A DNA stretch of 7,243 nucleotides from a virus (Duplodnaviria; Heunggongvirae; Uroviricota; Caudoviricetes), in IMG/VR virus record IMGVR_UViG_3300023312_000109. One strand, 5' to 3'. Below are positions 5,148 through 7,243 of the stretch, in pieces. A program made the position numbers and the translations under genes. Under the pieces are notes generated by a model. That model searched no databases. It saw nothing but the letters and a program-made list of their open reading frames with translations, and was not told the origin of the DNA. Position 1 is the first letter of the stretch. Each line of letters starts with the position of its first letter.

Positions 5148-7243
5148 ACCGGTAGGCGATCTGGTCGTTGATTTAAGTCTGGATGCGGCCAGATTTGACG
5201 AGCAGATGGCCAGAGTCAGGCGTCATTTTTCCGGTACGGAAAGTGATGCGAAAAAAACAGCGGCAGTCGTTGAACAGTCGCTGAGCCGACAGGCGCTGGC
5301 TGCACAGAAAGCGGGGATTTCCGTCGGGCAGTATAAAGCTGCCATGCGTATGCTGCCTGCGCAGTTCACTGACGTGGCCACGCAGCTTGCAGGCGGGCAA
5401 AGTCCGTGGCTGATCCTGCTGCAACAGGGTGGTCAGGTGAAGGACTCCTTCGGCGGGATGATCCCCATGTTCAGGGGGCTTGCCGGTGCGATCACCCTGC
5501 CGATGGTCGGGGTCACCTCGCTGGCGGTGGCGACAGGTGCGCTGGCGTACGCCTGGTACCAGGGCGACGCCACGCTTTCAGAATTTAATAAAACGCTGGT
5601 CCTTTCCGGCAATCAGGCCGGACTGACTGCCGATCGTATGCTGACGCTCTCAAGAGCCGGGCAGGCAGCAGGGCTGACGTTTAACCAGGCGAGAGAGTCA
5701 CTGGCAGCCCTGGTGAATGCCGGTGTGCGTGGTGGTGAACAGTTTGATGCCATCAACCAGAGTGTCGCGCGTTTTGCGTCTGCATCCGGTGTGGAGGTGG
5801 ATAAAGTCGCTGAAGCCTTCGGGAAGCTGACCACTGACCCGACGTCGGGACTGATGGCGATGGCGCGCCAGTTCCGTAACGTGACGGCAGAGCAGATTGC
5901 GTATGTTGCACAGCTGCAGCGTTCCGGAGACGAGGCCGGGGCATTGCAGGCGGCGAACGATATCGCCACGAAAGGCTTTGATGAGCAGACCCGTCGCCTG
6001 AAAGAAAACATGGGAACACTGGAGACCTGGGCGGATAAAACAGGGAAGGCATTCAAATCGATGTGGGATGCCATTCTGGATATCGGTCGTCCGGAATCCT
6101 CAGCGGATATGCTCGCCAGTGCGCAGAAGGCATTTGATGAGGCGGATAAAAAATGGCAGTGGTACCAGAGCCGGAGCCAGCGCCGGGGAAAGACCTCCTC
6201 TTTTCGTGCGAACCTTCAGGGGGCATGGGATGACCGGGAAAATGCCCGTCTGGGTCTGGCAGCGGCCACGCTGCAGTCGGATATGGAAAAAGCCGGTGAA
6301 CTGGCGGCAAGGGACAGGGCTGAGCGTGAGTCGTCACAGCTGAAGTATACCGGAGAGGCGCAGAAGGCGTATGAGCGCCTGCAGACGCCGCTGGATAAAT
6401 ATACCGCCCGTCAGAAAGAGCTGAATAAGGCCCTGAAAGACGGAAAAATCCTGCAGGCGGATTACAACACGCTGATGGCGTCGGCAAAAAAGGATTATGA
6501 ATCGACGCTGAAAAAGCCGTCAGGTGTGAAGGTGTCTGCCGGTGAGCGCCAGGAAGACCGGGCGCATGCAGCCCTGCTGGCGCTTGAAACCGAGCTCAGG
6601 ACGCTGGAAAAACACAGCGGTGTGAATGAGAAAATCAGCCAGCAGCGCCGGGATTTATGGGAAGCGGAAAGTCAGTATGTGGTCCTGAAAGAGGCCGCCA
6701 CGAAACGGCAGTTATCTGAGCAGGAAAAATCCCTGCTGGCTCATGAGAAAGAGACGCTGGAGTACAAACGCCAGCTGGCTGAGCTGGGAGACAAGATTGA
6801 ACACCAGAAGCGGCTGAATGAGCTGGCACAGCAGGCGGCGCGGTTTGAACAGCAGCAAAGCGCGAAGCAGGCGGCAATCAGCGCAAAAGCCCGCGGCCTC
6901 ACCGACCGTCAGGCGCAGCGGGAGTCGGAAGAGCAGCGCCTTCGTGAGGTGTACGGTGATAATCCGGCTGCGCTGGCGAAGGCCACATCGGCACTGAAGA
7001 ACACCTGGTCTGCGGAGGAGCAGCTTCGTGGAAGCTGGATGGCCGGGATGAAGTCCGGCTGGGGAGAGTGGGCGGAAAGTGCGACGGACAGTTTTTCGCA
7101 GGTTAAAAGTGTGGCCACGCAGACCTTTGACGGTATTGCACAGAATATGGCGGCGATGCTGACCGGCAGCGAACAGAACTGGCGGGGATTCACCCGTTCC
7201 GTGCTGTCCATGATGACAGAAATTCTGCTTAAGCAGGCAATGG
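5140..7243 (+). CDS. H: Tail tape measure protein H-like; 3' end lies beyond the window
   Basis: ATG at 5140 preceded by an AGGAGG RBS at 5126-5131. The frame is open to the window end (last complete codon ends at 7242), which is why it is not in the supplied ORF track. My own translation begins MAEPVGDLVVDLSLDAARFDEQMARVRRHFSGTESDAKK...GQSPWLILLQQGGQVKDSFGGMIPMFRGLAGAITLPMVG and matches lambda gpH as I recall it. The start overlaps the T stop (ATGGCTGA). Confidence 0.95.
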   Translation, partial: MAEPVGDLVVDLSLDAARFDEQMARVRRHFSGTESDAKKTAAVVEQSLSRQALAAQKAGISVGQYKAAMRMLPAQFTDVATQLAGGQSPWLILLQQGGQVKDSFGGMIPMFRGLAGAITLPMVGVTSLAVATGALAYAWYQGDATLSEFNKTLVLSGNQAGLTADRMLTLSRAGQAAGLTFNQARESLAALVNAGVRGGEQFDAINQSVARFASASGVEVDKVAEAFGKLTTDPTSGLMAMARQFRNVTAEQIAYVAQLQRSGDEAGALQAANDIATKGFDEQTRRLKENMGTLETWADKTGKAFKSMWDAILDIGRPESSADMLASAQKAFDEADKKWQWYQSRSQRRGKTSSFRANLQGAWDDRENARLGLAAATLQSDMEKAGELAARDRAERESSQLKYTGEAQKAYERLQTPLDKYTARQKELNKALKDGKILQADYNTLMASAKKDYESTLKKPSGVKVSAGERQEDRAHAALLALETELRTLEKHSGVNEKISQQRRDLWEAESQYVVLKEAATKRQLSEQEKSLLAHEKETLEYKRQLAELGDKIEHQKRLNELAQQAARFEQQQSAKQAAISAKARGLTDRQAQRESEEQRLREVYGDNPAALAKATSALKNTWSAEEQLRGSWMAGMKSGWGEWAESATDSFSQVKSVATQTFDGIAQNMAAMLTGSEQNWRGFTRSVLSMMTEILLKQAM

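Noticed and set aside
5406-6877. Off-frame + ORF (5406-5588) and several minus-strand ORFs (5613-6074, 5753-6052, 6053-6487, 6635-6877, 6909-7211) within the H region
   Set aside because: All lie inside the continuous tape measure reading frame and have a Pro/Arg/Ser-rich low-complexity composition typical of non-coding frames in GC-rich genes.
1-7243. A novel defence, toxin or other accessory system hidden in the window
   Set aside because: I looked for unexplained intergenic space, opposite-strand genes, repeat arrays (CRISPR-like or tandem), tRNA-like structures and atypical-composition islands. None is present. All sequence is accounted for by the conserved structural operon, so claiming a novel system would not be supported.

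Overview
The window is one contiguous, densely packed, same-strand block of lambda-like (lambdoid Siphoviridae) late structural genes in the canonical lambda order: 3' end of the head protease/scaffold gene (C/Nu3), head decoration protein D, major capsid protein E, FI, FII, Z, U, major tail protein V, tail assembly chaperones G and G-T (with the conserved -1 frameshift slippery site), and the 5' ~700 codons of the tape measure gene H, which runs off the window end and is therefore absent from the supplied ORF track. All substantial coding capacity is on the + strand; the minus-strand ORFs in the track are antisense artefacts. Intergenic space is minimal, with several start/stop overlaps, and there is a single strong terminator-like hairpin immediately after the capsid gene. 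I see no unexplained space that could hold an undescribed system. The observations worth a second look are the mosaic divergence pattern (head genes diverged, tail genes near lambda-like), a variable segment inside H, an internal repeat in the scaffold C-terminus, and the post-capsid hairpin. All comparisons to phage lambda proteins are from memory and were not computed.
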